In this document: piece by piece, positions 8,352 to 18,668 of the stretch | Position numbering within the stretch: the first letter of the stretch is position 1 | How the letters are laid out: every line of letters begins with the position of its first letter | NCBI GenBank assembly: GCA_030613245.1 | Contig: JAUWMI010000004.1 | Coordinates: 32,610 to 96,609 of the forward strand | Reading direction: 5' to 3' | Source: Candidatus Sumerlaeota bacterium | GTDB taxonomy: Bacteria > Sumerlaeota > Sumerlaeia > MWCT01 > JAUWMI01 | Length of the DNA: 64,000 nt | Translations under genes and position numbers: made by a program | The notes under the pieces: generated by a model | What the model was told of the DNA's origin: nothing | Seen by the model: the letters and a program-made list of their open reading frames with translations, nothing else | The model's database searches: none

Positions 8352-10637
8352 GCTAGGCAATTGAATTTGTGGTGGGGATGATGGCGGTCGAATTTCTTTA
8401 CCTTTTTCGAGTTTCTGGCGGGCATAGACATTCTGCGGATCCAGTGTCAGCACCTGCTTCCACATTTCTCTGGCCTTTTCAATATTTCCCGCCAGCTCCA
8501 GCGCATTACCCATTCCCACATAGGCCATTGCATCTTCTGGATTGAACTTCAGCACTTGAGAATAGGCCTTCGCTGCCTTTAAATACTGTCCGCTCCTCAC
8601 CAGCACATCACCGAGAAAGTAGTACATGCGCGGCTCGAATGCGTTGACCTTTCGATAGGCGTAAACAGTCTCAAATGCCTTTTCCAGATGCCCAAGTTGC
8701 ACGTACAGACTGCCGAGGAGAAAGTAAATTTCGAAATCTGGTGGCTGGACTTTCTGAAGTGCGCCCTCCAGAATCGCTATAGCTTTCTCGGGCTGCTGCC
8801 TGCGAAGGTAAATCTCGGCAAGCTTAAGATACGGGCGCGACAGCTCAGGTGCAAGCCGAATGGCGCGTTCTAGATCATTAAGCGCAGCATCCTGATTATT
8901 GAGCTTATCGTGGGCAATCGCACGATTATTAAGAATCCCGGCCAGAATACTTCGAAGATTTTGCTCCTCGGCCCGGCTGTAAAGCTCAATGGCCTTCTCA
9001 TACTTCTCCTCTTCGCAAGCAAAATTACCGAGCTCATAAAGCGCCATTGCATTTGAAGCATTCACCGTGAGCGCATTCTCGAATGCCAAGCGCGCTTTAG
9101 TTGCCTGACCCAGTTCGTTATATAAACTGCCAATCGTTGCATAATGGTTCCCCGTAAGATCGCCCTCCTGTGCCAGCGCCTCTGCCAGAACCTGTTCTAC
9201 TTCGCGGAACTTTTTTTGGCCTATCAATACCTTCGCCAGATGGTGGTGGGCGACGTAATGTGTCGCATCCAGCTGGATTGCCTTGCGAAATTCCCTCTCA
9301 GCAAGACCCACCCGTCCCTCCTCGTAGTGGCTGAATCCCAGAGTATTGTGAGCGACCGAGCTGGTCGGATGCATTCTCACCTCTGCCGTCCAGAAGTCAA
9401 CTCCTTTGCGCCACTCCTGACTGCGTGCATAGGCTTTGACCGCATAGAGAGTAAGTACCACAAGAAGCACAGTGACTGCAGCCAGGCCTATGGGGCTTTC
9501 CATCCCGCGACGCCCTTTTTGGAATGCCATGTGAAAAACTGCCCCACCGATCATGCAAAAGCCAACTGAAGGAAGGAAGAGCAGACGCTCTGCCACAATA
9601 GTCCCAATCGGAATAATATTGACCGCTGGAAGCAAGGTGATACCGAGAAAGGCAATCCCCACAGCCAGAAGCCTCGATTTTCGCCATGCGTAGACTGCAG
9701 CACCAATAACCACGATAATAGCCAGAAGCGAAAGTACGCTCCCCAACGGGTAGAAGTTTGGCTCAAGCGCCGGCTCGTAAACAACCGTAAGCCTATGAGG
9801 GAAGAGCAGAATCCAAAAATTCTTGAACACAATCTGTGGCACAAGACTGAGGCGCTCTATCAGCCCAAGCGTTCCAAGCGCACGGTGCTCACCTTGCGGT
9901 CCAATAGTCCCCAAAATGGACATGCGTATCCCCAGATAGATTAGCGTCATTCCAAAAACAGGCACGTAGAACGGAAGTATCCTATTTTTAATAAACGACT
10001 GCACCGTTTCCTTTGCACGCGGATAGGCAAAATCCAGCAGAACGAGAAGCAGTGGAAGCACGAGCGCGTTTTCGTACGACCCCACGGCAAGAAGATACGC
10101 TGCCAGCATACCTCCGATCAGCAGGCCGCGCTTCTGCTCGCGCTCTATTGCCCACCGATACAGAATCAGCGCACAAAGCAGAAACAATGCCGACAGTATT
10201 CCTGCACGTCCTACAGCCCAGTTGACGTTCTCGGCATGCACCGGATGAGCTGCAAAAAGAAGCGCAGCTACAAAACTCAACGTCTTCTCCCGCGTCAATT
10301 CCAAACAAAGAAGATAAACCAGACAACAGCAGATCAGGTACAGGACAAGGTTGGTCGTGTGATAAACCCCGGGCTGAATATCCGCGACCTGATACTCCAG
10401 CAGGAATGAGAGCGAAAGGATTGGACGATATAATCCCTGCTCCCGTGCGCCCGGTGGAAAGGAAGATGTAAAAAGAGCGGGCAGATTGCGCCACGATCGA
10501 AGCTGCTCATTGTGGACAATATAAGCATAGTCATCGTAAACAAATTCATTCTTGACGCTTCCGCCATAAATAAGCAGTGCCAGCACTACAATTATGCCAA
10601 GTCGAGCATACGTAGTCTTGTCAAATCGCCTCTTCAC
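8331..10637 (-). CDS. TMTC-like membrane glycosyltransferase (GT-C fold, DUF1736-type N-terminus FVYDDYAYIVHNEQL) fused to a C-terminal TPR-repeat domain
   Basis: 768 aa. The N-terminal roughly 430 aa are polytopic membrane, with the F(V)YDD motif typical of TMTC/PMT-like O-mannosyltransferase homologs. The C-terminal roughly 330 aa carry at least 8 TPR-like 34-aa repeats (AxxxY/LG...). Confidence 0.65.
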   Translation of the reverse strand: MKRRFDKTTYARLGIIVVLALLIYGGSVKNEFVYDDYAYIVHNEQLRSWRNLPALFTSSFPPGAREQGLYRPILSLSFLLEYQVADIQPGVYHTTNLVLYLICCCLVYLLCLELTREKTLSFVAALLFAAHPVHAENVNWAVGRAGILSALFLLCALILYRWAIEREQKRGLLIGGMLAAYLLAVGSYENALVLPLLLVLLDFAYPRAKETVQSFIKNRILPFYVPVFGMTLIYLGIRMSILGTIGPQGEHRALGTLGLIERLSLVPQIVFKNFWILLFPHRLTVVYEPALEPNFYPLGSVLSLLAIIVVIGAAVYAWRKSRLLAVGIAFLGITLLPAVNIIPIGTIVAERLLFLPSVGFCMIGGAVFHMAFQKGRRGMESPIGLAAVTVLLVVLTLYAVKAYARSQEWRKGVDFWTAEVRMHPTSSVAHNTLGFSHYEEGRVGLAEREFRKAIQLDATHYVAHHHLAKVLIGQKKFREVEQVLAEALAQEGDLTGNHYATIGSLYNELGQATKARLAFENALTVNASNAMALYELGNFACEEEKYEKAIELYSRAEEQNLRSILAGILNNRAIAHDKLNNQDAALNDLERAIRLAPELSRPYLKLAEIYLRRQQPEKAIAILEGALQKVQPPDFEIYFLLGSLYVQLGHLEKAFETVYAYRKVNAFEPRMYYFLGDVLVRSGQYLKAAKAYSQVLKFNPEDAMAYVGMGNALELAGNIEKAREMWKQVLTLDPQNVYARQKLEKGKEIRPPSSPPQIQLPSPSSEIE

Positions 10638-10650
10638 TGTTTAACCTCGA

Positions 10651-11838
10651 TCACGCTTCGTCCTCGTCCCAGGAGATCTCTTGCAGACGTTCAATCACAA
10701 TTTTAAGGCGCTCAACTGGCACAGTCAGGGCCAGCCGTACGTATCCTTCGCCAGCATCACCAAGGCCATGACCTGGTGTAGCGACGATCGCCGCCTGGGT
10801 TACCAGCTTCCTCGTCATCACTGCTGACGTAATGCCAGGTTTCGTTCTCAGCCAGCAGTAAAATGTCGCGCGCGGAATTTCGAGCTGCCACCCCTGCTGG
10901 CGCAGTCCCGTAACCAGCACATCGCGACGTTCCTGATAAATTCGCACACTTTGCGGCACAACTTGGTCATACAGGTCAAAAGCCGCGATTCCCGCTTCCT
11001 GAATTGCACCAAAAATACCTGTATCAAGATGCGATTTCACGCTAGCTAGCCCACTGATGACCTCCGCATTGCCACACGCTGCCGCAATTCGCCATCCTGT
11101 CATGTTAAACGTCTTGGAGAGCGAATAAAACTCGATGCCTACGTCCTGCGCTCCTGGCGTTTGAAGAAAGCTCGGTGGCCGATAACCGTCAAACGCAATA
11201 TCAATGTACGCTGCATCATGACATGCAATGAATCCGTACTTCTTTGCATAGAAAACCACTTGCTCAAAGAACGCCGCGTCTGCCACTGCGGTCGTTGGAT
11301 TGTTTGGGTAGTTGAAAAAAAGCAGCTTCGCACGCTCCAGCACGGAACGCTCCAGTTTGTCCAGCTGCGGCAGAAAGCCTTGCTCTTCTGAGAGGGGCAG
11401 TCTGAACGGCTCGCCTCCAGCAAGGAGCGTGCCGGAGACATACGGCGGATAACATGGATCAGGCACAAGAACCAGCTCGCCGGGATTTACGAAGGCTAGC
11501 GGAATGTGGCCGATACCCTCCTTTGACCCAACAAGCGCAAGAATTTCTTTATCGGAGTCCAGCGCAACGTTAAATCGCCGCGCATAATACTCTGCCACCT
11601 TCTCCCTAAAGGCCTTGAATCCTCTGCCAATCGGGTAGCGATGATTGAACGGATTCTCCGCAGCCCGCTTCAGTGCCTCTACAATTGGCCCCGGAGTCGG
11701 CAGGTCTGGATCCCCAATACCCAGATTGATCACATCCTCGCCTCGCGCAATTGCCTCTTCCTTGAGGCGATCCAGCTCAACGAATAGATACGGCGGCAAT
11801 TGCTTCAGTCGTCTTGACGTTTCAAATGCCATGCTCAT
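10651..11838 (-). CDS. PLP-dependent class-I aminotransferase (LL-diaminopimelate aminotransferase-like)
   Basis: The N-terminal LPPYLFVELDRLKEEAIARGEDVINLGIGDPDLPTP is typical of the DapL-like subgroup. The 395-aa length fits. Confidence 0.6.
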   Translation of the reverse strand: MSMAFETSRRLKQLPPYLFVELDRLKEEAIARGEDVINLGIGDPDLPTPGPIVEALKRAAENPFNHRYPIGRGFKAFREKVAEYYARRFNVALDSDKEILALVGSKEGIGHIPLAFVNPGELVLVPDPCYPPYVSGTLLAGGEPFRLPLSEEQGFLPQLDKLERSVLERAKLLFFNYPNNPTTAVADAAFFEQVVFYAKKYGFIACHDAAYIDIAFDGYRPPSFLQTPGAQDVGIEFYSLSKTFNMTGWRIAAACGNAEVISGLASVKSHLDTGIFGAIQEAGIAAFDLYDQVVPQSVRIYQERRDVLVTGLRQQGWQLEIPRATFYCWLRTKPGITSAVMTRKLVTQAAIVATPGHGLGDAGEGYVRLALTVPVERLKIVIERLQEISWDEDEA

Positions 11839-11961
11839 TCACCTAAGTCCTGGAATGAAAAACCACCGGTGGATTTGCAGCGATTAACGAAATGGCCACA
11901 AACACATCCACTCCGGTCTTCTGTTTCGCTGAAGTGAGATAAGATGATTTGTAGCATTTTT

Positions 11962-12756
11962 TTAGCCTGTGCCATGTGCACGACTCGGCTGAAAGAGAAC
12001 TTTTTCCGGCGGATATTCAACGCCCATCAGGATCAGCCCGTGGGGCGGAACGGTCGAGACCAGCCGGTGGCGCTTCTGCGTGTCCAGCATCCGCTTTACC
12101 GCATCAAGGGAGATTTTCTTTCGCCCAACAGCAATGAGAGTCCCTACGATAATTCGTGCCATATTGTACAAAAACGAGCGACACGCCAGGTCAACGTGAA
12201 TGATGCTCTCCTGCCGCTGAATTTCAAACTTTTCCAGGGTCAGCACGGTGCGCCGTGCTGTGCACTGCTGACCGCGAAATGCCGCGAAATTATGCCGACC
12301 ACGCAATATCCGAGCGCCTTCTTCCATCCTCTCTATGTCGAGGCCATAAGGAACATGGGCATAGTAGTGGCGCAGCAACGCAGGCCCTTCAGGGCGATTC
12401 ATTATCTGGTAGCGATACCACCGCAGGATCGCATCGTGGCGCGCATGAAATCCCACTGGAACTTCACATGCCTCCAGAATGCGAATATCAGCCGGCACGA
12501 TGCTGTTACATCCCTTCTTGATTGATTGAGGCGCCAGACGGCTCGCAGTTATGAAATTCCCCACCTGACCCAAAGCGTGCACGCCAGCATCCGTACGACC
12601 GGCACCGTAGAGGGTTACGCGCTCCTGAACAACCTTGCCCAGAGCCGCCTCGATCTCCGCCTGTATTGACGGCGCATTCTTCTGGCGCTGCCACCCGCTA
12701 TAGCGCGTGCCATCGTATTCGATCAAAAGCTTAATGTTTCGTTGCCGCGTATGCAT
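11962..12756 (-). CDS. truA: tRNA pseudouridine(38-40) synthase
   Basis: IEYDGTRYSGWQRQ ... GAGRTDAGVHALGQV, with the catalytic Asp motif RTDAGVHA. Confidence 0.9.
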   Translation of the reverse strand: MHTRQRNIKLLIEYDGTRYSGWQRQKNAPSIQAEIEAALGKVVQERVTLYGAGRTDAGVHALGQVGNFITASRLAPQSIKKGCNSIVPADIRILEACEVPVGFHARHDAILRWYRYQIMNRPEGPALLRHYYAHVPYGLDIERMEEGARILRGRHNFAAFRGQQCTARRTVLTLEKFEIQRQESIIHVDLACRSFLYNMARIIVGTLIAVGRKKISLDAVKRMLDTQKRHRLVSTVPPHGLILMGVEYPPEKVLFQPSRAHGTG

Positions 12757-12770
12757 TTGGGGAAAAACAT

Positions 12771-15422
12771 CTACTTGCTCTGCTTGATTAAATCATCCAG
12801 AATCTTTACAGCTTCAAGCGGGGTAATGGTGTTAATGTCCATTCGGCGCAAGCGCTCCAGTACCGGATGGGTGAGGCCTTCAAACAGCGACAGTTGTACC
12901 ATTGGCTCCTTTGACGCCGCACCAGGCTTGCCCTTACTCCCTGCCTTCACAGTAATAGCTTTTCCGCACTCAAGATTAATAAGAAGTTCTTTTGCGCGAT
13001 TAATAGCCTCCATGGGAACGCCAGCCAGCGTGGCCGCGTAAATACCGTAGGAGCGATCCGTACTGCCCGGAACGATCTTATAAAGAAACACGATGCGCTC
13101 TTTTTCTTCCAGCACCGCAACGTTATAGTTTTTCACGCGCGGTAATGCTTTCTCAAGATCCGTCAGCTCGTGATAATGCGTCGCAAACAAAGTCTTTGGC
13201 ATACAGCCCTTGGTCTCGTGTAAATATTCAATCACCGCCCAGGCAATGCTCAGACCATCGTATGTGCTTGTTCCTCGACCTATCTCATCCAGGATCACCA
13301 AACTCTTGCTGGTGGTATTGTTCAGAATGTTTGCGGTTTCGTTCATTTCAACCAGAAACGTGCTCTGGCCTTTAATCAGGTAGTCCATCGCGCCAACCCG
13401 GGTAAAGATACGATCAACCAGGCAAATTGATGCTGATTTTGCAGGAACAAACGAACCTATATGCGCCATTAATGTAATCAAGGCAACCTGGCGAATATAG
13501 GTTGACTTCCCCGCCATATTCGGACCTGTGATCAGCAGAATTTGATGCTCGCGATTATCGAGACATGCATCGTTCGGCACAAACGGTTGATCCAGCTGCA
13601 TCGCCTCCAGCACCGGGTGTCTGCCCTCCGTAATATGAATTTTATCCGATTCGTTAATCTGCGGTTTCGTATAGTGGCCCGTAATAGCTGCTTGCGTCAG
13701 GGAATGAATGCAATCGAGGATCGCCACGATCCGGCCAATCTGCTGAATCTGCCGTGTGTGTCGCGCAACCTCGTCACGAAGCTTCTCAAACAGTTGATAC
13801 TCGCGGTCGTTGATTTTTTCTTCAGCATTGAGGATGATGTCTTCCTTTTCCTTCAAATCTGGCGTAATAAAACGCTCTGCATTCACGAGGGTTTGCTTGC
13901 GAATATACTCTGGCGGCAGCTCTGGCAGATTCCTGAGATTCGCATTTGTGATTTCAATGTAATAGCCAAAAACCTTGTTGAAGCCGATTTTCAAATTCTT
14001 AATTCCGGTTCGTGCAATTTCCGTCTTGCGCAACCGATTGATCCAGCCCTTGCTATCGCGCGTAATGGCGCGAAGGTCATCGAGATCCGAGTCGTAGTGA
14101 TCCTTTATCAGTCCACCTTCACGGAGTGATAGGGGAGGGTTATCAACAATCGCACGCGCCAGGTGGTCTCGTAAGTCCGGCAAAGGATCAATCTCTTGGA
14201 GCAGGCGTGTGAAAAGAGGACTGACGCACTCTTGAAGCAGCGCCAGCAGTGTGGGGATGCGCTCGAGCGACTGCTTCAGCGATTGCAGGTCCCGAGCATT
14301 CGCCGTACGGCAGCCCACGCGGCTGATAATGCGCTCCAGATCATAAATCCCCTTTAATTGTTCAACCAAAGCACGATGGCGTGAACTGTTGACGTACAAT
14401 TCTTCAATTGCATCCAACCTCTCCTCGATTTCCACCTTGTTTTTCAACGGTTGCAAAATCCATTGCCTCAGCAAACGCCCACCCATTGCTGTTAATGTAT
14501 AATCCAGAATACTGAGCACTGTTCCCTCTGTACCAGCGCTTTGCAGGTTGCGCACCAGCTCGAGGCTTCGCTGGGTAGTATGGTCAAGAATCATAAAATC
14601 AGAAGTTGAATAGACCTTCAGGGAATTAATGTGGCCGACCACGGTTTTCTGTGTCTCGCGCAGGTAACTAATGATGGCACCCGCTGCGGAAATCGCAGGC
14701 TCATACTGATCCGCGCCAAATCCTTCCAGGCCCTGAACCTCCAGCTGCTCAAGCACAAGTGCCCGGCTTGAGACATAGCGGAAGTAGTCATCCGATAGCT
14801 TCGTGATGGTCATTCGGAGCGAGGAATCAATATGCTGAAATGCAATGGACTCGAATTTTTCTGGAACCAGCAACTCTGCAGGATGCAAACGACAAATCTC
14901 GGAAAACAACTCATCCTGCGCGCGATGTCCCGAAAATTCCGTGATTCCAAAATCTCCAGTCGAGAGATCCACTACAGCCATGCCCCAGCGCTTCTTACTC
15001 TGGTAAAGCGCAAGAAGAAAATTGTTCGTCTTCTCCTCCAGGATAGACTCTTCCACCACCGTGCCCGGCGTGACAACACGGATCACCTCACGCTTGACAA
15101 TGCCCTTGGCCTGCTTGGGATCCTCGACCTGCTCGCAGATCGCGACTTTGTAGCCCGCTTTGATCAGTTTCGCCAGATAGCCATCAATGCTGTGGTAAGG
15201 AACACCAGCCAGTGGAATTGCCCGATTCTTGCCAAGACTTTTCCGCGTCAGCGCAATGTTGAGCACATGGGACGCTATCTTCGCGTCCTCATTGAACATT
15301 TCGTAAAAATCACCCAGACGAAACATCAGAATATAGGCGGGGTATTGGGCCTTGATCTGATTATATTGTCTAAGAAGTGGAGTCGCCAGCTCAGTCATGA
15401 ATACGTCCTCATTGTTGATCAA
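12771..15422 (-). CDS. mutS: DNA mismatch repair protein MutS
   Basis: The N-terminal mismatch-binding motif GDFYEMF, the Walker A ITGPNMAGKSTYIRQ, and the 883-aa length. Confidence 0.95.
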   Translation of the reverse strand: MINNEDVFMTELATPLLRQYNQIKAQYPAYILMFRLGDFYEMFNEDAKIASHVLNIALTRKSLGKNRAIPLAGVPYHSIDGYLAKLIKAGYKVAICEQVEDPKQAKGIVKREVIRVVTPGTVVEESILEEKTNNFLLALYQSKKRWGMAVVDLSTGDFGITEFSGHRAQDELFSEICRLHPAELLVPEKFESIAFQHIDSSLRMTITKLSDDYFRYVSSRALVLEQLEVQGLEGFGADQYEPAISAAGAIISYLRETQKTVVGHINSLKVYSTSDFMILDHTTQRSLELVRNLQSAGTEGTVLSILDYTLTAMGGRLLRQWILQPLKNKVEIEERLDAIEELYVNSSRHRALVEQLKGIYDLERIISRVGCRTANARDLQSLKQSLERIPTLLALLQECVSPLFTRLLQEIDPLPDLRDHLARAIVDNPPLSLREGGLIKDHYDSDLDDLRAITRDSKGWINRLRKTEIARTGIKNLKIGFNKVFGYYIEITNANLRNLPELPPEYIRKQTLVNAERFITPDLKEKEDIILNAEEKINDREYQLFEKLRDEVARHTRQIQQIGRIVAILDCIHSLTQAAITGHYTKPQINESDKIHITEGRHPVLEAMQLDQPFVPNDACLDNREHQILLITGPNMAGKSTYIRQVALITLMAHIGSFVPAKSASICLVDRIFTRVGAMDYLIKGQSTFLVEMNETANILNNTTSKSLVILDEIGRGTSTYDGLSIAWAVIEYLHETKGCMPKTLFATHYHELTDLEKALPRVKNYNVAVLEEKERIVFLYKIVPGSTDRSYGIYAATLAGVPMEAINRAKELLINLECGKAITVKAGSKGKPGAASKEPMVQLSLFEGLTHPVLERLRRMDINTITPLEAVKILDDLIKQSK

Positions 15423-15651
15423 ACATGCTGATGCCCTATATTCGGAGAAGAATTCTGCGTTGTCTTCTACCGAATCTCAAGACAAAATACAAGGAGATTA
15501 TGCCACTGCGACTGAATTCGCAACATGTAATCAAAAACGCGCAATTTGCTTGAATTTCGTCACCCGTTAGGACACGTATACTAAGCAATAGCTCTCAGTG
15601 CAGATCTGGCATGTTTTAGCGGGCTAGCCGATATAGCACGCACGAAGCCGT

Positions 15652-16437
15652 GTGACCTCCATCATGCGCACAACTACTCTGCCCCTACTCATAGCACTGA
15701 AGGAAAAACTGAGAATGTTACGGACTTGTACATGGCTGTTTAAGGGGTTCATTGACTTCTTCTTCCCTCCATTATGCGCTGCGTGCGGTGAGCGTCTCGG
15801 AGAAGACGAGGAGGTAGTGTGCGACACCTGCCGCCAGAGCTTTACGCGGGTGCCCAAGCCATTGTGTCTGCGCTGCGGCGCAGGAGGAGTTAAAGCGAAG
15901 CAGAAAGATTGCAAGGCCTGTCCGGAGAAACCTGTGTTCTTTGATTTGGCCCGCGCCGTGGTCCTGTTTAGGGGATCCGCCCGTGAGGCGATTCACACAT
16001 TGAAATACAAGACAAGACCAGAGGTAGGCCCTGTTCTTGGCCGGCCTATGTTTCTCTACCTGAAGCGCGAGCTGGGAGACGAGACCTTCGACGCTATTAT
16101 CCCGGTGCCGCTACACTCCTCACGAGAAAGGAAACGCGGCTTCAATCAGGCGGAACTCGTTGCAGAAGAAATGGCGCGCCTGGCCCACATTCCCTTGATT
16201 CCAGAAGTCTTGGTTCGGATCAAGAGCACGAAGCAACAGACCCAGTTGCCCCCGGAGAAGCGGCGCCAAAATGTGGCTGGCGCATTCGCTCTGCGCATTG
16301 CGGAGCCAATCCTCGGCAAAACCATACTGCTAATTGACGATGTCTACACGACCGGAAATACAGTGAATGAGGCAAGCCGTGTGCTCAAAGAGGGTGGAGC
16401 TAGCAGGGTATGCGTCTTGACTTTTGCCCGGGTCTGA
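15652..16437 (+). CDS. comF: ComF family protein (double zinc-ribbon + phosphoribosyltransferase domain)
   Basis: CAACGERL...CDTC and CLRCGA..C zinc ribbons, plus the C-terminal PRTase motif LLIDDVYTTGNT. The true start may be Met22 (15715). Confidence 0.75.
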   Translation: MTSIMRTTTLPLLIALKEKLRMLRTCTWLFKGFIDFFFPPLCAACGERLGEDEEVVCDTCRQSFTRVPKPLCLRCGAGGVKAKQKDCKACPEKPVFFDLARAVVLFRGSAREAIHTLKYKTRPEVGPVLGRPMFLYLKRELGDETFDAIIPVPLHSSRERKRGFNQAELVAEEMARLAHIPLIPEVLVRIKSTKQQTQLPPEKRRQNVAGAFALRIAEPILGKTILLIDDVYTTGNTVNEASRVLKEGGASRVCVLTFARV

Positions 16438-16466
16438 GAATGCATAATGTGGGGACACGTATGAAT

Positions 16467-17741
16467 CTAGGGGGGAGAGATAACGTCGGCGTGCAGATAC
16501 GGGCGCAGCACCTCGGGCATGAGAACCGAGCCATCAGCCTGCTGAAAGTTCTCCAGCAGCGCGATCACTGTGCGCGGCAATGCCACACCCGACGCGTTGA
16601 GCGTGTGAATATATTCCGGCTTGGCACGCGCCTGGCGTCGAAATCGAATACCCGCTCGACGCGCCTGAAAATCTTCAAAATTACTGCACGATGATACCTC
16701 CAGATACTTATTCATTCCCGGCGCCCATACTTCAATATCATAACACTTCGACGCTGCAAAAGAAAGATCAGCACTACAGAGCTCTATAATTCGATACGGA
16801 ATCTCTAAGCGCTGCAAAACATCTTCCGCGTTTGCAAGCAAGCTTTCCAGCTCCTCGTATGAACTTTCCGGCATCACAAACTTTACCATTTCCACCTTAT
16901 CGAACTGGTGAATCCGCGTGAGTCCACGCGACTCTTTGCCATACGACCCTGCTTCACGCCGGAAACATGCTGTGTAGGCCACGTAATAGAGCGGAAGATC
17001 AAAGCCGTTCAGAATCTCATCTTGATGGAGATTGGTGACCGGTACTTCAGCAGTGGGATTGAGAAACAAGTCCTCCTGCTCAACCAGATACATATCACCC
17101 TCGAGTTTGGGCAGCTGCCCAGTCCCAGTCATACTCTTGCGGTTAACCATAAATGGAGGCCAAATCTCGGTATAGCCATGCTTGTCTATATGCAAATCCA
17201 GCATAAAGTTGATTAGTGCACGCTCGAGCCGTGCCCCCATGCCTTTGAACATAATGAAATTCGATCCGGATATTTTTGTGGCGCGCTGGAAATCCAGAAT
17301 GCCCAGCATCTCACCGATCTCCCAGTGCGGCCGAACAGTAAAGTCAAATATTGGCTTAACGCCCCACTCGCGCACGAAGCGATTATCCGCCTCGCTTGTA
17401 CCCGCAGGGGCGCTGGGGTGGGGGAGATTGGGCACAGTCAGAAGCAGACTCTGCAAGTCATTGTCAATTTGCCGCAGCTCGTCATCGTAGCTCTTAATCT
17501 TGTCACCAACCGCACGCACCTCCTCTCGTAACGCAGCAGGATCCTCACCTGCTTTCATGCGCTGCCCGATGTCTCTGGAGGCCTCGTTACGGCGCTGCTT
17601 CAACGAGTCGCTCTCGCTCACAAGCTGCCGACGCCGAGCGTCTAGCGAGAGAATCTTATCTAAGTCAACAGTCACCTGCTTCTTTTGAGCTCCGCCCTTG
17701 ACCAATTCCCGATTCTCACGGATGAACTTCAAATCCAACAT
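16467..17741 (-). CDS. serS: Seryl-tRNA synthetase
   Basis: The N-terminal [10 protein letters not shown] coiled-coil arm and the class II aaRS motifs (FRREAGS..G.TRIHQF). Confidence 0.95.
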   Translation of the reverse strand: MLDLKFIRENRELVKGGAQKKQVTVDLDKILSLDARRRQLVSESDSLKQRRNEASRDIGQRMKAGEDPAALREEVRAVGDKIKSYDDELRQIDNDLQSLLLTVPNLPHPSAPAGTSEADNRFVREWGVKPIFDFTVRPHWEIGEMLGILDFQRATKISGSNFIMFKGMGARLERALINFMLDLHIDKHGYTEIWPPFMVNRKSMTGTGQLPKLEGDMYLVEQEDLFLNPTAEVPVTNLHQDEILNGFDLPLYYVAYTACFRREAGSYGKESRGLTRIHQFDKVEMVKFVMPESSYEELESLLANAEDVLQRLEIPYRIIELCSADLSFAASKCYDIEVWAPGMNKYLEVSSCSNFEDFQARRAGIRFRRQARAKPEYIHTLNASGVALPRTVIALLENFQQADGSVLMPEVLRPYLHADVISPP

Positions 17742-17782
17742 TGCTTCAGTCCCTAAATTGCTTCCTGTTTAGGCAATATACA

Positions 17783-18493
17783 TTAAGACTCAGACCGCGT
17801 GCCTGACGCTTTGGTTGCAGCTGCCGATGCCAGCCTATCAGCCCGCTTGTTCTGATCGCGTGCGATATAGCTTATGGTAAATTTTCCCAAATGCCTGATC
17901 AATTGCCTGGCCTCACACTGTAACGCAAACAATGTTTTGTTACGAATTTTATACTCCCCAAGCATCTGCTTGGCTAATAACTCGCTATCGGTGAAAACAA
18001 AGACCTGTTTCACACCACTGTCAAGCGCTTTTTTCAGTCCTTCCACCAGGCTTGAATATTCCGCATAGTTATTTGTCTGCCTGCCAATGAATTTCTTATC
18101 TTCCTCAATTATCCGACCCTCAAGGTCCGTAAATACCAGCCCGATTCCCGCGGGTCCCGGATTGCCCTTTGAACATCCGTCAATGAAGAGCTTCACCTTC
18201 TCAGCAGTCGCCAGCTGTTTGGGGGACTTTTCTTCGCCGGGAAGCGATGCAGCATTTTCCGGCAATTGCCTTCGGAGATATGGCTCAAGTGCGCGTAAAA
18301 GTTGCGCACAGCTGTGAAATGCTTCGCGCAGCGGCCGTTCCTTCACTTCACGGAAAAAATTCGCCACTTTACTAACATCCCCATCCTCCGAAGCCAGCAC
18401 GTCAAGAATCTTGCAAACAGGTACGCTTGTGCCCTTTACGCGCATACACTGCCTGAGCAGCTTGAGCACGTTGGGTGAAAGTTGTGGCTTCAA
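17783..18493 (-). CDS. RNase H (RVT_3/RnhA-like) domain protein with an uncharacterised roughly 100-aa N-terminal extension
   Basis: The C-terminal half LFIDGCSKGNPGPAGIGLVF..NNYAEYSSLVEGL..FTDSEL..IARDQNKRADRLA fits the RNase HI DEDD fold. The N-terminal region has no recognisable motif. Confidence 0.65.
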   Translation of the reverse strand: MKPQLSPNVLKLLRQCMRVKGTSVPVCKILDVLASEDGDVSKVANFFREVKERPLREAFHSCAQLLRALEPYLRRQLPENAASLPGEEKSPKQLATAEKVKLFIDGCSKGNPGPAGIGLVFTDLEGRIIEEDKKFIGRQTNNYAEYSSLVEGLKKALDSGVKQVFVFTDSELLAKQMLGEYKIRNKTLFALQCEARQLIRHLGKFTISYIARDQNKRADRLASAAATKASGTRSES

Positions 18494-18668
18494 TGTCCGC
18501 CTCCGAAGTATCTGTCATCCCAGCGCCATGCCCGACAGGCGTGAGATTTTCTATATGCAATAGCATGCAACCTTGTTACGGTTTCTAAATTTTGAAAAAG
18601 GACGATGTTCTTCAGAGGAAGGTGGGCTGAAATGATGCGGCTATTAAGCTTCCAGATAATTGGCACGG

